Assembly (NCBI GenBank): GCA_039621445.1
Contig: CP154954.1
Coordinates: 36,999,703 to 37,063,702, forward strand
DNA from: Euglena gracilis
Taxonomy: Eukaryota
DNA: 64,000 nucleotides
Direction of reading: 5' to 3'
Shown: positions 43,768 to 56,369 of the stretch, piece after piece
Layout: each line of letters opens with the position of its first letter
Numbering within the stretch: the stretch's first letter is position 1
Position numbers and translations under genes: made by a program
Notes under the pieces: model-generated
What the model saw: the letters and a program-made list of their open reading frames with translations, nothing else
Databases searched by the model: none
Told to the model about the DNA's origin: nothing

Positions 43768-46676
43768 ACACTCTTCTTCTTCTTATTCTTCCTCTTCTTT
43801 CGTCTTCGTCTCTTCCTCGTTTTTTCTCCTTCGTTTTTCTCCTTGTTCCCCTTCTTGGAGAGGACATGAATGCCGTGGTGTCTGTGGCGTCACAAACACA
43901 CATAATTCTCGGAAAATGCTGCCAAAAAGACCCAGTCACCTCCACACTCCCAAGGAAAAAGTTTGGCCTCCTGCAAGGAAGGTTCTGTTTCTTGTTTTTT
44001 TGGAAAACTTGAAAACCCCGTTATAAAAAAGTAAACGATATTTGGCAAAAACTGCCTTCCACAAAATCAAAAAAGCACTTAATGCTGAATTAATCTGACC
44101 GAAATGCCTCAAAATCTCAGAAAAAAACATAATCTGGACAGCTGCCAGCCAGCCCCCCCACCACCCTGACGCTGTGGATCTGCCAAATCTGCCGCGATCT
44201 AAAGGCAATAGAACTGGGTTTATAGTTAAAAGAATTTGAAACTCCCGTTTTGGATTTTTCTAAGGAGGGGAAATGTTCCAAAAATGCCAGATAAATTATT
44301 TTTCCCGGTTGTCTGTTTTGTGCCGAGATTTGGTCATAACATTTTTGCTTCGACAGAAAAAAATTTGGACGTGCATTTTTCAAATGTCTGACAACGTTTT
44401 CGATGGCCATATTACACCTGTTCACCTAATCAAGCGCTCGTCGCCGTTCATCCACGTTATTCTAGGGGAAGATGTGGTGTTGTGAGCTTCAAGTGTTGGG
44501 TGGGTTGGGTTGCGAAACCGTTCACACCAGGCAGACCGTGGCGGCCGTCCTGGTTCTCCGGATGCGGCGAAGTCTAGTCCCCCAGGGGACGTCCTTGCCC
44601 TGCATACCACCGACATTGGGCGGGGCCACTTCAGAGGCAGTGAGTCTCTGGGGTGTGGAAGCAAGAGCAATGGGAGATTGTTGTCTGAAGGCACTGGGAA
44701 GGTGATTTTTTTTGTTTCCACCTTCCACACCCTTGTAAGAATGTCAAAATACTTCACTTATGTTCTGCCCCATGTATGGAGCAATTCATGTTGAGTTGGC
44801 GGACCGGCCGCTGCTGCTGTTTTATATATAGCGAACTGCACAGCGAATTCAGCAACCGTCCAACTGTTTTCACTGATGAAGGCCCCCGCTTTCTTACCTA
44901 TGTTTCAATCTGAAATTGTCTTTGGAGAAAGCAAATACAAGAAGGAAAATTACAAGCGCTGCAGCCAAAGTGGAGAAGCAATCAAAGGTTTCAAACCAAA
45001 AAGAAGTTCAGCTTTATAACAAAAGATTGGGTATTTATTTATATATTTGGGCTGCTGCTGGCACAGAGAAGCAGTACAAGTAAAAAGGTGTTGGTGCTGT
45101 GGTACAAGCATTTATTGGAGGGTCTCCAACCAGGCCTTTTCCTAAATACCCCTACCATCCGAAGGGAGGCCAAGCCGGAATCCCCTCCAACCCAGTCCCC
45201 AAAAAGGAGGGCGTTAGGTTCCCAGAAGAAATCCTATGTGGGAAGGGGAGTATCTCGAATCTACCCCGCTCCCCAGAGCCCATCGTGCCGACCCCAAACC
45301 CCGCCTGCACCCTCCGGAGTGAAAGCTTGGCAAAAAAATTATTTTCCAGGAAGATGGTAGTAGACGTTCTTAACAGAACAAAATTTCCTGGGAGCAAACC
45401 ACACAGACAAGATGGATCCGGCTCCCACGGATCCCCTCTCCCCAGAGCCCATCGCGCCGACACCTCACCAGGCCGGCACACCCTCACGGACCTCCAGGAA
45501 TGAAAGCTGGGCAAAAACTTTATCCTTCGGGAAACTGTTGCTGAGTTGTTACAGCCCCTGGTTCAGGGGATCGAAACTAAAAAGCGCATCGCAAATAGGA
45601 AGCGAAGGTTATGAAAATGCACTCTCAACCAAAGTGGCACAAAAATAAAACAAAAAAGTGAAAAAACACCAAATTGCAGAAAAATCATTTAACACCTCCC
45701 CACTTTTCCACTGGAGAAACTGTGCTGGGCTCTGCTGCAAAATTTGTTTCATTTGTGTAAAATTAAGCACTCTGTTGTCCAAAAAGCAAAAAAATGGCAA
45801 AAAGCAGAAATAACTAAAAAAAAAACAAAAATTTCCACAATAGAAAGACACAAAGAAACTGTGAAAAATTCGTTTTTTTAGAAAAAAACACATTTTTTTA
45901 GAAAAATAGAACTATGCCAAATAGGCACCCACAATTTCACCTCACAAGGCCATTGAAAAAAAATGCCTGGGTCATTGCGACTGGGCCCCTGTGTACCAGG
46001 CAGCCGTAAGGCCATGGTACTGTGTATGTAGGTATAAGCCTACGGCCAGATATAGCTCTGAGCCCCATACACAGTACTATGCTAGGTGGTATTCCTACAG
46101 ATGGCCAACGGCCTGAATTAGGAATACCAAAGCCTAATTCTGGTTCTCCTCTCCACAGGTGGTATTCTTTGCTTTTCATTTTGACTTTGCAAGACTTGAT
46201 CACCAAGTCTCATTTTTCACATTTGAAGTCCTGAAAGGACATTTGTCACTTTGTCTGGTCCGTAGCCCATAGGGCTCCTCCCCTGCCTTGTGCTCTGCCT
46301 CTTAATTGGGGAAAAGGGCAAACAACTTTTATATTATTCTTTTCATTTTTCTGTTACTCCAACTTTTTTTTTTTTTTTTCTAAAGGGTGAAAGCGAGGAA
46401 AGGTTGGACGTACACTTGGTAGCAGTTTAGGTTTTTCGATCCTTTTGACCGCAAACGGTCGTGTGGTGCCCCGCCTATAGGCGACCACAGACACTACAAG
46501 CCGTTTCCGGCCAAAGCCGTACGCACGGACACGTCCTCTGACGGTTCGCAGTATACGCTGCTTCAAACCTCAGAGTTCGGGTCTCTGCTTACTTTTTATA
46601 CTATTCCCTCTTTTTGCACTTGTTCCTGCATTTTATCCCACAATCTACACTTGGTTTTTGCGTTTTTGCCTTAAAA

Positions 46677-49600
46677 ATGCAGAGCACAACTCCCATCGAC
46701 TACGCTGCATTGATTGGGTCACTTCGAGGACTTGAACCTGCAGCACCATTGACCAGCTCTATTGAGCATTCACAACCCCATCGGGGTAATCAAGCATTGA
46801 TCCATTCCAAAGGTAATCCTCCTTCCCCGCGTGCGTCACACCTATCGGTGTCTGTGTCGAGTTATCCTCCCCCCGCCCAATGGGCATCCCCACACCTATC
46901 GGTGTCAAGCTCTATAGAGCAACCCCATGCCCAACAGGCAGAACCCCTTTTGTTGGAAAGCCGATCGGCTAACACCCATTCCCCCCAGCAAGATCTCGCA
47001 CTGGTGCCGATAGGCACATTTGTCTCTGAGGCGGATACGCCACGGCAAATTTTTGCTGAGGGTGGGTTAGAAACACCATGTTTCTTTCAGCCCCCCCCCT
47101 ATGCATCCCCCCACAAGTCCGATTGGACAATTGCCCGCACCACCCGATACGGGTTCTTTCCATGCATTACCATGGCACCCGGAGATGCGTTTAACGGTTC
47201 CCGCTTATACAAGCCCCTCCGAGTCCATGAGCAGTGATGCGGAAGAGTTGGAAAATATTTCCCCTCAACCCATCACCGTGATTCAGCGCATAGTCGCAAA
47301 TCTTCCAGTGGACCACCCGCTAACGCGGCAAATTTCCCATGTCCACACTTGTGTAGCGGATTGCGCTATGACACTTAACAAGGTTCTGGATTTTGATGAG
47401 AACAACCAAAAGGTTGTAGAGCACAAGCTCAATTACCTTTGGAGTTATGTGCGTGATGTTGGTCAATATTGCCAAACAAACTTTCAATCCACCAATGTGG
47501 ACCTAGCAACCTTGCGACAAGGTTTGTACACACATTTGCAGGCATATTTGCCACAACACTTCCAAAAAGTGAGTGAAGCCATGTGTGAAACACAATCCCG
47601 CAATGATGCGATTTTCTCCAACATGCAACATAGTTTGCAAGCTTTGTCCCATCAATTGGAGCCAATTACGGCAATTTTTCCACAATTGCAGCAAAAGTTG
47701 CATGAGCCCCCCATCAAAAATCCCGATTTGGGACAATTTATTACAATGGAGCAATTCTCCACCCTTGCAACCGCATTTCAGGAAGCGCAACAGCGCATTT
47801 TCCAGTTGAGCGGTGATTCCGCGAATTTTACCCACTTTTCTGCCCAAGCCCATGAAAGTTTTGCCCCCGCACGTATGTGCAACAATTGGAGGAAAGACTT
47901 TCCCGATTGGAGCAGAAATCTTGCCATTGTGGTGAGATTCCCGCTGAAATTGCAAGTTTTCACACCCAAATCGCGCATATCGCGAGTAGGATTGAGAATT
48001 TGCAGCAACAGTGGCGAAATGACACAATGGAATTCCGAACCGCAATCGCGGATTTGCAAAACCGCAATGCAGCAACCCGTGCACCAACACCGGATATTAG
48101 TGGACTCAAAGCCACCATGTCCGACTTGCACAAACAGTTACAACAGGATGTTGGTAACATTGAAGCCTCATTGGCTAAGTTACACACCCGCTATGCGGAA
48201 GTAGCTGGTAGGATCCCGGATGTTACCGGCATTCAAACCGCGACAGCGGATTTGCACAAACGCATGCAAGAAATGAGCACAAAAATGCTTCAGGTGCAAT
48301 CACCACCCCAAGGCACATTGCCGTTACCAACACCTACCCCCACACTCCCAAAAACACACTTGGACAAGATTTGCGCTGAAATGCGCGCGGAAAATCACCA
48401 AATCATGCAAGGATTTTGTGACAGTCTCATGAACACCGAGAAAACGGTGAAGCAGGATGTCACAAAACTGCACAATGACATTACCGCGCTATCCGCGCAA
48501 GTTTCTGTCTTGATGGAACAGCGAATGGCTGAAAAAGTCAAAAGTCCGCATTCGGACTACCCCACCAAGCCATCTCCACAATTGGAGGCCATTTCCAGTG
48601 CGATGCGCACTTTGGTGACAAGAGTACAAGAATTGGACACTGGGTTTGGTGCAATTTCGCACGATTTTCAGTCAATTTCTGACAAAATCCCGCTTTTGGA
48701 TGAACTATCCTCATACCGTAGGCGGATTAAGCGTTTGCAGGAGGATGTGGGTCGGATAACCGACAATTGGCAGGTTGTTGACCATTTGGAGCAAAGTGTG
48801 CATGAATTTGCAACAAATTTGGACCAAATTCACGCACAACTGCGATCCATCCACCAAAATCCGCAATCGGGTATGGTTGGCACACTTGCCGCATCTTCCA
48901 GCTTCAAAAGCGCTATTCGCGCACCAATTCCCGAGTCCACAGGCACATTGCCACCAAATCGCGTTTCTGCTCATGCGGTGGTTCCCCCACTAGCATTACC
49001 AGTCCCAATGGACGAGTTTTCGGATGATGAGTCGGGTTTTCAAGCAAAAACCAGACCTACCCCCCTCTTAAATAAAGAGATTCGGGAATCCGAACTTATT
49101 CGTGGTATGATCCACACCCCTACACCGGGTATTGGTCACACCTCCCAAATTCGCTTAGTAGCACCAATGGTGCAACCACGTGATACCTCACCCCCACATG
49201 CGCAACCGCATCACCATTCGCGCAATCGCGATTCCCCTAATTTGCATGGTACCTATTGTACACTAAGTGGTATGTTCCATGCGCAATCGCAGAATAACCC
49301 GAACAATACCCTTGGTGCAACCACCGGAGTACCTGCACATAGTGTGATTTCGCGCCCGGGCCCACGCCCCTGGAATACCACCGAAGGGCCACGGGTTTCT
49401 CAGAAAGATTTCAAAGGCACCATCGCGATAGCGAACAAGGTGAAGCCCCAATGGGACGGTGACCCCACCACGTGGAAACAATTTTTCCGCGATTGGGAAT
49501 ATTACTGGGATTTGAAGGGACCCACCCAAGATGACAACCCGGAGGTAATCAAGATGGAATTCATCGATTGCCTCCCCAGGGATGAAAAAGAACGCGCCAG

Positions 49601-50824
49601 ACAATTGGTCATTGGCAGGCGCATTTCTTTTGAAGAATTGGTTGAGCAATATGCTTCCTCATGCTCCAGTTTGGTTTCCAGAATCAGTCTGGAAAACAAA
49701 TGGCGGCAATTCACCCGCCCAGACCGCAAATGGAAGTCGATAGACTTGTGGTACTCCAAGTGGCTTGCATTAGCAGCCGAAGTTGATGAGTTAGGGGAAA
49801 AGCAAATCAAAGAACAATTTGATGCGGTATTACTGCGCTACATCCCCAAACTCATCAAGGAAATTCACCGCGAGGAACTCGCGGGACACATTTTGACTCT
49901 CGATGAGAGATGGAATTATATTTCCAAACAAATGAAGTTATCACAACTTCTGGGACAGATTGAATCGGCATATCACCACCACCCTACCGCGGGTGTACCC
50001 ACCGGTTCAGTCTATGCAGTCCAAAGGACTACCTCCCCAAAATCACCAAAATCACCCTCCAGTGATTCCAAAACGCGCTATCCGCGCTCAAACCCTAAAC
50101 CCCGACACGGGAATCCAAACCGCGCTATTCGCGCTCTTCTGACCAAGTTTCGGACAAAGTGTGTTTCTTGTGTAATCAACCGGGACATATGTCTCGCGAA
50201 TGTCCAAACCCCCAAGCGCGAAAGCGCAGTAAGAGCCCCCGAGGATCCCTCACTTCCTGGAGTTCGCGTTCCTCACGATCTGCGCATTCGGAGCGGTCGG
50301 GATACCGATCGGGTGATGGAAGACCGCGTTCCCGTTCACACCACCGCAATAGCGGACGTGGTTTCAAACCGCGAGGTCGGTCCCCCCGTCCCCCCACCCG
50401 CAATCGGGATGCCAATCGCGATTCTTCGCGATCTCGGTCGCGAAGTGGGTCATCCTCTTCGCGATCCGACCGCGGTCGAGCGGATATCCGCTCCCCGCGT
50501 CGCCATGATGCCAAAAGGCAATCGCAATCGCGAACCCGTTGTTCCCTTTGTGGGTCTAAAGACCACCATTCATCCAAGTGCCCCCGTTCCCGCTCTCCCC
50601 GCCCTAGCCATGGTCGTCGCCATTCCAATCGCGGTTCTGCCAATAGGCAGCGGGTTGGTTTCAAAATATCCTCTATCGAGGAAAAACACCTGGCTTCGGG
50701 CAGGGAGGGGGATGAGAGCACCGAGGATGAGTTGGTGGAAGACAGGAATGCCATTCGCGCGATACGCGCAATTTACTCTAGGAAGTCCACCATAGGCCAA
50801 AAGGCCGACTCCGATATGGAGTAG
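46677..50824 (+). pseudogene. gag: Gag of element 3 (frameshifted): coiled coil, capsid-like domain, two CCHC knuckles separated by an RS-rich tract
   Basis: PQWDGDPTTWKQFFRDW; CFLCNQPGHMSREC and CSLCGSKDHHSSKC. Confidence 0.8.
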
Positions 50825-50869
50825 GGGAGCCCGAGGTCTGAGGGCACGGACCTCTGGGCTGATGGACAG

Positions 50870-53158
50870 ATGGAGGTAGGAACTGATCACCCCTGCCCCC
50901 CCTGCCCATCGGTCTTTTTGGTCGGTACCCGGAAAATTTTCGGGTCCCCCACTCCCCGCGCCAAATTTTTGCTTGGAATGTTGAGCAAAGTAAGCCAAGG
51001 GTCATGGAACAGTTGGCGCAACAACAATTTTACACCCAACCCTTCGCTTTGCGTACCCCCCATGGAACTTTTGGTCCAAGCGAAAATCAAAACTCAAAGT
51101 TTCTGTGCACAAGCCAAAATTTTAGTCGACACAGGGTGTCGAATCCCCCTTCTTTTCCGCAAAGGACTTATACCCACCCCCCTCTTGGTTCATGCCAAGA
51201 ATCCCATCAAAATTATGACCGCTGACAACAGCCCCATGTGCGGTGGTGACTTGGGATGCATTTTGGACATAGTCCTCCCCATTATCCCGAAGCACCACAC
51301 ACAACCCCCACAATTCCAAAATTTTCTGGGTACTTGGGCATTCGAGGCGAATATCGCCGGGTCAGATGTCATACTCAGTTTTCCGTTCCTCCGGCAACAC
51401 CGATTGGTGGTGGATTGTCCTTCGCACGGTTTGCGCACTACCCCCCGCACACACACCACACCCCCGAACTTGTTCCCCATGACATCCCCCAGGATGTCCC
51501 CCCGCATTTCCACAACGTTTTCCACAACCGAAAACACCGTTTCCTACCCTAGGGGTAAAGAGAAAGCTGCCCCCCTACCCACCGCACTTTTACCGCTCGT
51601 TTCCCATGCGGTAGGGAAAGCCAGTAGCTTAACCCCGCACGTTTCGCTGGGTTCCCAGGCGAAAGCCCAAAGGCCTGAAGAAATTTCGGTGTCGAGTAGC
51701 CGCCCAGCTGCACAACTTTTACGCTTTCCACCAGGTGTGTCGAGTTCAGACACCCCTGTACACCCCCCAGCAGCTACCCCAACCGACACCAACTTATGCA
51801 CTGACACCCACACAAACGCGCACCACATGCACCACCCCTCCTACCAATGCGCTCACTGTCGGAGAATTTCCGCTTACCATGATTTTGATTGTGGATGTCT
51901 AGTTGAAACTTCCAAACTAATCCGATTGGATCCCGCAACCGGGAATTTTTCCCCCCCTACACCTGGTAGTGATACCTATACACCTGGTACGGATTTAATA
52001 GATAACCAAAAGGTACACAGCCTTGATACCATGGGTGATACACCCATCAGCACACTTGGTAATTATGCACAGCTCACAAATCCACTTGGCAGTTTTTCGC
52101 AATTCGCGAAAGTGAATCGAGCACTACAGTGCAAAGGCATAGCCTCCCTCTTCGGATTCGCGCATAGCGCTCCCTATGCGCCTATGGCGCTCTCCAACAC
52201 CCCCGCGCATATCGCGCTTCCCGCACATAGTGCGAATTCCGCGCATATCGCGCTCGCCGCACATAGTGCGAATCCCGCGCATATCGCGCATTCCGCGCTA
52301 TCGCGCATCACCGATGATTGGGTATATGCCCAACCCACCCATGTCCCCCCTGGAATGAGTCCTATGGACATGTATGTGGATGATTCACAATTTCGTTGTT
52401 CTGTGTTACAGCGTGTTCCCCCCCTTCAGGATGTTGAGCGGATCTCCAAGTACACCAAGGATACCTGGAATGCTTTTCAATTTGGTCAATATCGAATTTT
52501 GAAACATTGGTTTTCAAAAATCGCCGATATGGCGGATTCTTTTGATTTGACCTTGGAAATTGATGCATTCTCCTCCAACGCGCATTCGCGATTACCGCGA
52601 CATTGGTCGCAACATTCTAATGCTTTTGATAAGTTTTGGGGAGACACTATCCTATGGATGCATCCCCCCCTGAAACTTATCCCGCTTGTTGTAGATAAAA
52701 TTTTCCAGGATCAAGCGCGAGGCGCATTACTTGTTCCTGTGAATCCCGAAGCGGAATGGTTTCTAAATTTGACTTATGTCACATTTTATTGGTGGGACCT
52801 ACCAAATGATGTTCCTCTATTCGAGGATTTCCGTGGAGTGGTATTACCACCTTTTCAAGAAATCATTTTCCGTGTTTGTTTCTTTGATGCTTTTCATGTT
52901 TCTCAATCTCCACCGCTGAATGTAAGTGTGTTGGATCATACCGACTATGTGGGAGCCGATATGGCTTTTGTGCATAATGCCGATAGGCATCCCAGTTCGG
53001 AATCCCCTGTGGTCGATATGATCCATAAACAGGTTTCCGCTGTCATTGAAAGTGCAGGACAGCATCCAAAATCAGCAGAACTCTGTACGCGCATCAGTCG
53101 CGAATTTTCTGGTGTTTTGGAAAACCCTGTTTATCCGCGGACCTTTTGGCGTTTGTAA
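50870..53158 (+). CDS. Pol N-terminal part of element 3: aspartic protease, long linker, amino-methyltransferase-like domain (~52480-52890)
   Basis: ILVDTGC...DVILSFPFL; EIDAFSSNAHSRLPRHWS...NAFDKFW...LWMHPPL...GALLVP...WF. Confidence 0.8.
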   Translation: MEVGTDHPCPPCPSVFLVGTRKIFGSPTPRAKFLLGMLSKVSQGSWNSWRNNNFTPNPSLCVPPMELLVQAKIKTQSFCAQAKILVDTGCRIPLLFRKGLIPTPLLVHAKNPIKIMTADNSPMCGGDLGCILDIVLPIIPKHHTQPPQFQNFLGTWAFEANIAGSDVILSFPFLRQHRLVVDCPSHGLRTTPRTHTTPPNLFPMTSPRMSPRISTTFSTTENTVSYPRGKEKAAPLPTALLPLVSHAVGKASSLTPHVSLGSQAKAQRPEEISVSSSRPAAQLLRFPPGVSSSDTPVHPPAATPTDTNLCTDTHTNAHHMHHPSYQCAHCRRISAYHDFDCGCLVETSKLIRLDPATGNFSPPTPGSDTYTPGTDLIDNQKVHSLDTMGDTPISTLGNYAQLTNPLGSFSQFAKVNRALQCKGIASLFGFAHSAPYAPMALSNTPAHIALPAHSANSAHIALAAHSANPAHIAHSALSRITDDWVYAQPTHVPPGMSPMDMYVDDSQFRCSVLQRVPPLQDVERISKYTKDTWNAFQFGQYRILKHWFSKIADMADSFDLTLEIDAFSSNAHSRLPRHWSQHSNAFDKFWGDTILWMHPPLKLIPLVVDKIFQDQARGALLVPVNPEAEWFLNLTYVTFYWWDLPNDVPLFEDFRGVVLPPFQEIIFRVCFFDAFHVSQSPPLNVSVLDHTDYVGADMAFVHNADRHPSSESPVVDMIHKQVSAVIESAGQHPKSAELCTRISREFSGVLENPVYPRTFWRL

Positions 53159-54200
53159 GATTGAGCTTAAGGAAGGTGCAAAGCCAATGCATCGGAAATT
53201 TTTCCGTTGTTCCGGAGAAAGAGAGATAGCTCTCAATGAAATGATTGAAAAGCTCATAGAGCGGAAGTGGATCATCCCTTCCAAGAGTGAATGGACCTCC
53301 CAAGCAGGTCAGAAAAAGTGGAGGCTGGTACTGGATTATCGGTACTTAAACTCACAGACTAAGGATGACCCATTCCCGTTACCTCTAATAGAGGACCTTA
53401 TCACAAAACAAGCGGATAACCGCTTGTGGTCAATTTTCGACCTGGAGGATGGTTTCCACCAAAGGTATCTGGATCCCGATTCGCAAGCCTATACAGCTTT
53501 TGTAACATCCAAAGGTGTTTACCAATGGACGGTTTTACCAATGGGTGTTAAGAATGGACCAGCAATGTTTCAGCGCATGATCCAATGGGTCTTACGGGAT
53601 TTACCGTTTGCGCTGGTATACATTGATGATGTTTTGGTTGGTACCCCCCCTCCTTCAGCGAATACACACGAGAATATTCTCGACATTCACTATCGTGATG
53701 TTCGCGCGGTATTAGCCGCATTTCTCAAACACAGACTTTTTGTCAAAGGTGCCAAAATGCACTTATTTCGCGAAACGATAAAGTTTTGCGGTCACATTCT
53801 CAATAATGGCCAACGCCGAGCGGCGCCTAGCAAACTAGAGGCCATTAAGAAATGGACACCTGAGGTCATCAAGACCATCACCCATTTGAAAGGATTTTTG
53901 GGATTAGCCCAATATTACGCGATTTACATGAAAGATTTCGCGAAAATCGCGGTACCTCTATCGAGGCAACTCAAAAATCGCGCACCCGAAAATACCAAAG
54001 TCAAATGGGACGCAGATATGCGTGAAGCTCTAGAGAGCATTAAAAAGCTAATGCTTGAAAATGTCGTACTCGACATCGCGGATCCCTACAAGCCTTATGT
54101 GCTAGAAGTCGATAGCAGCGATTATGCTGTAGGCGGAGTTCTAAGCCAGCATAACGCGGCTAACGAATTACGCCCTGTAGCATTCTTCAGTAGAAAGCTC
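53100..54200 (+). pseudogene. pol: RT and partial RNase H of element 3
   Basis: KWRLVLDYRYLN, FDLEDGFHQ, LPMGVKNGP, YIDD, VDSSDYAVGGVLSQ. Confidence 0.92.
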
Positions 54201-56369
54201 GCTCCATTTGGGGGGTTGGTGTGTGTCATTCCTTCCCTGCCACCAAGAAATTGTCCCCCAACTCCCATCTACGCCAGGGCAAATGCAGCAAATGGCAGAG
54301 AGGAGCACACCTCTGCCCCCAGCACCCACACCTGTGCTGCCGCCTGCCTCTGCCGCCGCCGACACCGCTCCTGGCAGCCGCTGCTGCCATCTGGCACCCA
54401 CGCCAAACCCAACCTCAGCAAATGGAATGGCCACCTTATTAAACCTCATTAGCCAAAACACTCGACCTTTCCATCCCTGGGTTTGTGTGCGTTTCCATGT
54501 CTGGGGTGTCCTGTCCCAGACTGGGGGGGGGGTTGGGGCTTTCTCCGGTTGGGGCCAGAGGTGGTTTCTGGGAGCGGCAGTGTTCTGGGTTTGCCCCGGC
54601 CCAGTGCTGGCCGCCACCAAGCATCAGCACCCCATGGGGGCATATGAGTCAGTGGGATCAGGACACACGCAACAGCCAGGCGCCTATAGTCCAGCAGATG
54701 GCCATTGCAGGTGTGCAGCCGCGGACCCGATTGGTCCAAGAATCAGGGCAGGACCACAACAGGCCCAGGGCAGAGGTTGCATAACACATGAGTTTTGCAG
54801 ATGGCAAGAGCACAGGAGTTCCAAGCAAAGCAGGCGAAGCACAATGGGGGAGCACGTTAGACAGCCCCAGCGAGCTGCAGCACCAAAGCAAAGGGGCAGC
54901 AAGACAGCAAAAAGAGGCCTGGTCGGCTTGTGCGGTCTACGGAGGAAAGAGGTCGAGGGCAGTCGAAGGATGGCGGCAAGGGGGCCCAAATGGCCAAAGC
55001 ACCGACCTGGCCATGAGCAACCATCACACCGGTTCTCACCGAACCCTTTTCCCGTCCCCTGCTGGCCTCCGACTATAAGTGCCTGGCGGGGTCATCATGT
55101 GCCTGGTGGCGGCCGCACATGGGCCGGCGGGACCCCGTGCTCTGCGGTTCCGGGGGGAAAAATACAACAGGCAGCCAAAAGCGTTCATTTTCCTGGGCCT
55201 CTGGCACAATTCTGTGCCAGGGGGCCTGCCGTGCACTGCCGGCCACGGCTTTGCACAGGTTTTTTTTCAGCCGCCCTCACAAAATGCAACCGCAAGCGCC
55301 TAATCGGACGTACAGTGCCTGTCATCCACGTTCATCCCGGGGGGGGGGGGGGGCAAGCAGTGGTGGTGGGACCGGCATTTCTGGGGGGTGGGGGGGGGGG
55401 GGTTGTGGGTTGGGTTGCGAAACCATCCGCACCACCCAAAGCGGTGGCCAGGCAGACCGCCGCGGCGGCGCTGGCCTCCTTCCCCGCCGCACTGCCGGCC
55501 CGCCGCGCCGTCCCGGTGCTCCGGCGGCGAAGTCTGGTCTGGGGCGCAGCTTCCTCGCCCTGCACACCAATGAGGGGGGGGATTGGGGGAGGGGGGCAGT
55601 GAGCAGCCTGGGGTGTCTCGTCCGCTGCCCAGAAAACACTTCTCATAAATCAACGAAGCGCTGGCTGGCTCCCCTTGAGGGGGGTTCCAGGCAGGCTTCT
55701 GCTTAAGGCCCCCAGGGGTCCACCGGCATTTTGCGGAGACATCGGATAAAGCCACCAGCCAGAGCTAGACCCTCCCCCTCTGGGGGGTCCGGGGGACTCA
55801 CCCGGACAATATTTCCTTTGGCACTGTGCACCAATAGCAGCCAAAGTTATTCAAAAATCCCTGCAATAAAAACAATGTGCGTCCAAAAAAACCACGCACG
55901 CAAAATCCATGCACAATGAACAAATATGAATTCACACCCAGAGAGAAAATCTGAGTGGTTGGAAGCCAGTGCTAGAATACCTTGCTGAAGCGGAAAGCGC
56001 ACACCTGCACACAGGCCAGGCAGGGGTTTTTTTTTTAAGACCGGGGGGGAGGGGGGTCACCCCCAACCACTTTCCCCAAAAATGGCCAAAAAATGATGCA
56101 AAACGCCCAAAATACCAGCCCTGGGGGGGGCTCGCTTCCTGCTGATGCAGCAGCACACACCTGGCAACGAGCGGACCGGTGAGCAGATGGACGTGGGAGG
56201 TGGTCAGAGCGCATCCCGTCCCCGCTCCTTCGCTTGCCCCCGCTCCTGCGCCGCCTGGCCGCCGCTGCCTCCCGTCAGTGCCCTCCCCCAGCTCACACAA
56301 ACAGCGCAAACTCCACAACAAACTGTGTTGCCTGCTCTGCATGTGCTGTGTTCCTCGCACTTTCTGTGA

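Larger units (their letters stand above)
46417..54200 (+). mobile_element. 3'-truncated Ty3/gypsy element (element 3), internal region; 5' LTR probably ends near 46414, its start not determinable
   Basis: PBS-like TGGTAGCAG...TTTCGATCC at 46417-46442; gag, PR, MT-like, RT, partial RH ending at RPVAFFSRKL; no integrase or 3' LTR. Confidence 0.8.

Noticed and set aside
43772-45060. Possible decayed coding sequence into which element 2 inserted (with 31500-31686)
   Set aside because: Fragmentary frames and no motif I can identify
14488-50824. Genome-wide reassignment of UAG to a sense codon
   Set aside because: ORFs of 1380 and 1436 codons contain no internal TAG; the in-frame TAGs of interest occur specifically at gag ends
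55975-56010. Possible tiny host exon on the minus strand with AG/GT borders
   Set aside because: Too short to support without transcript data
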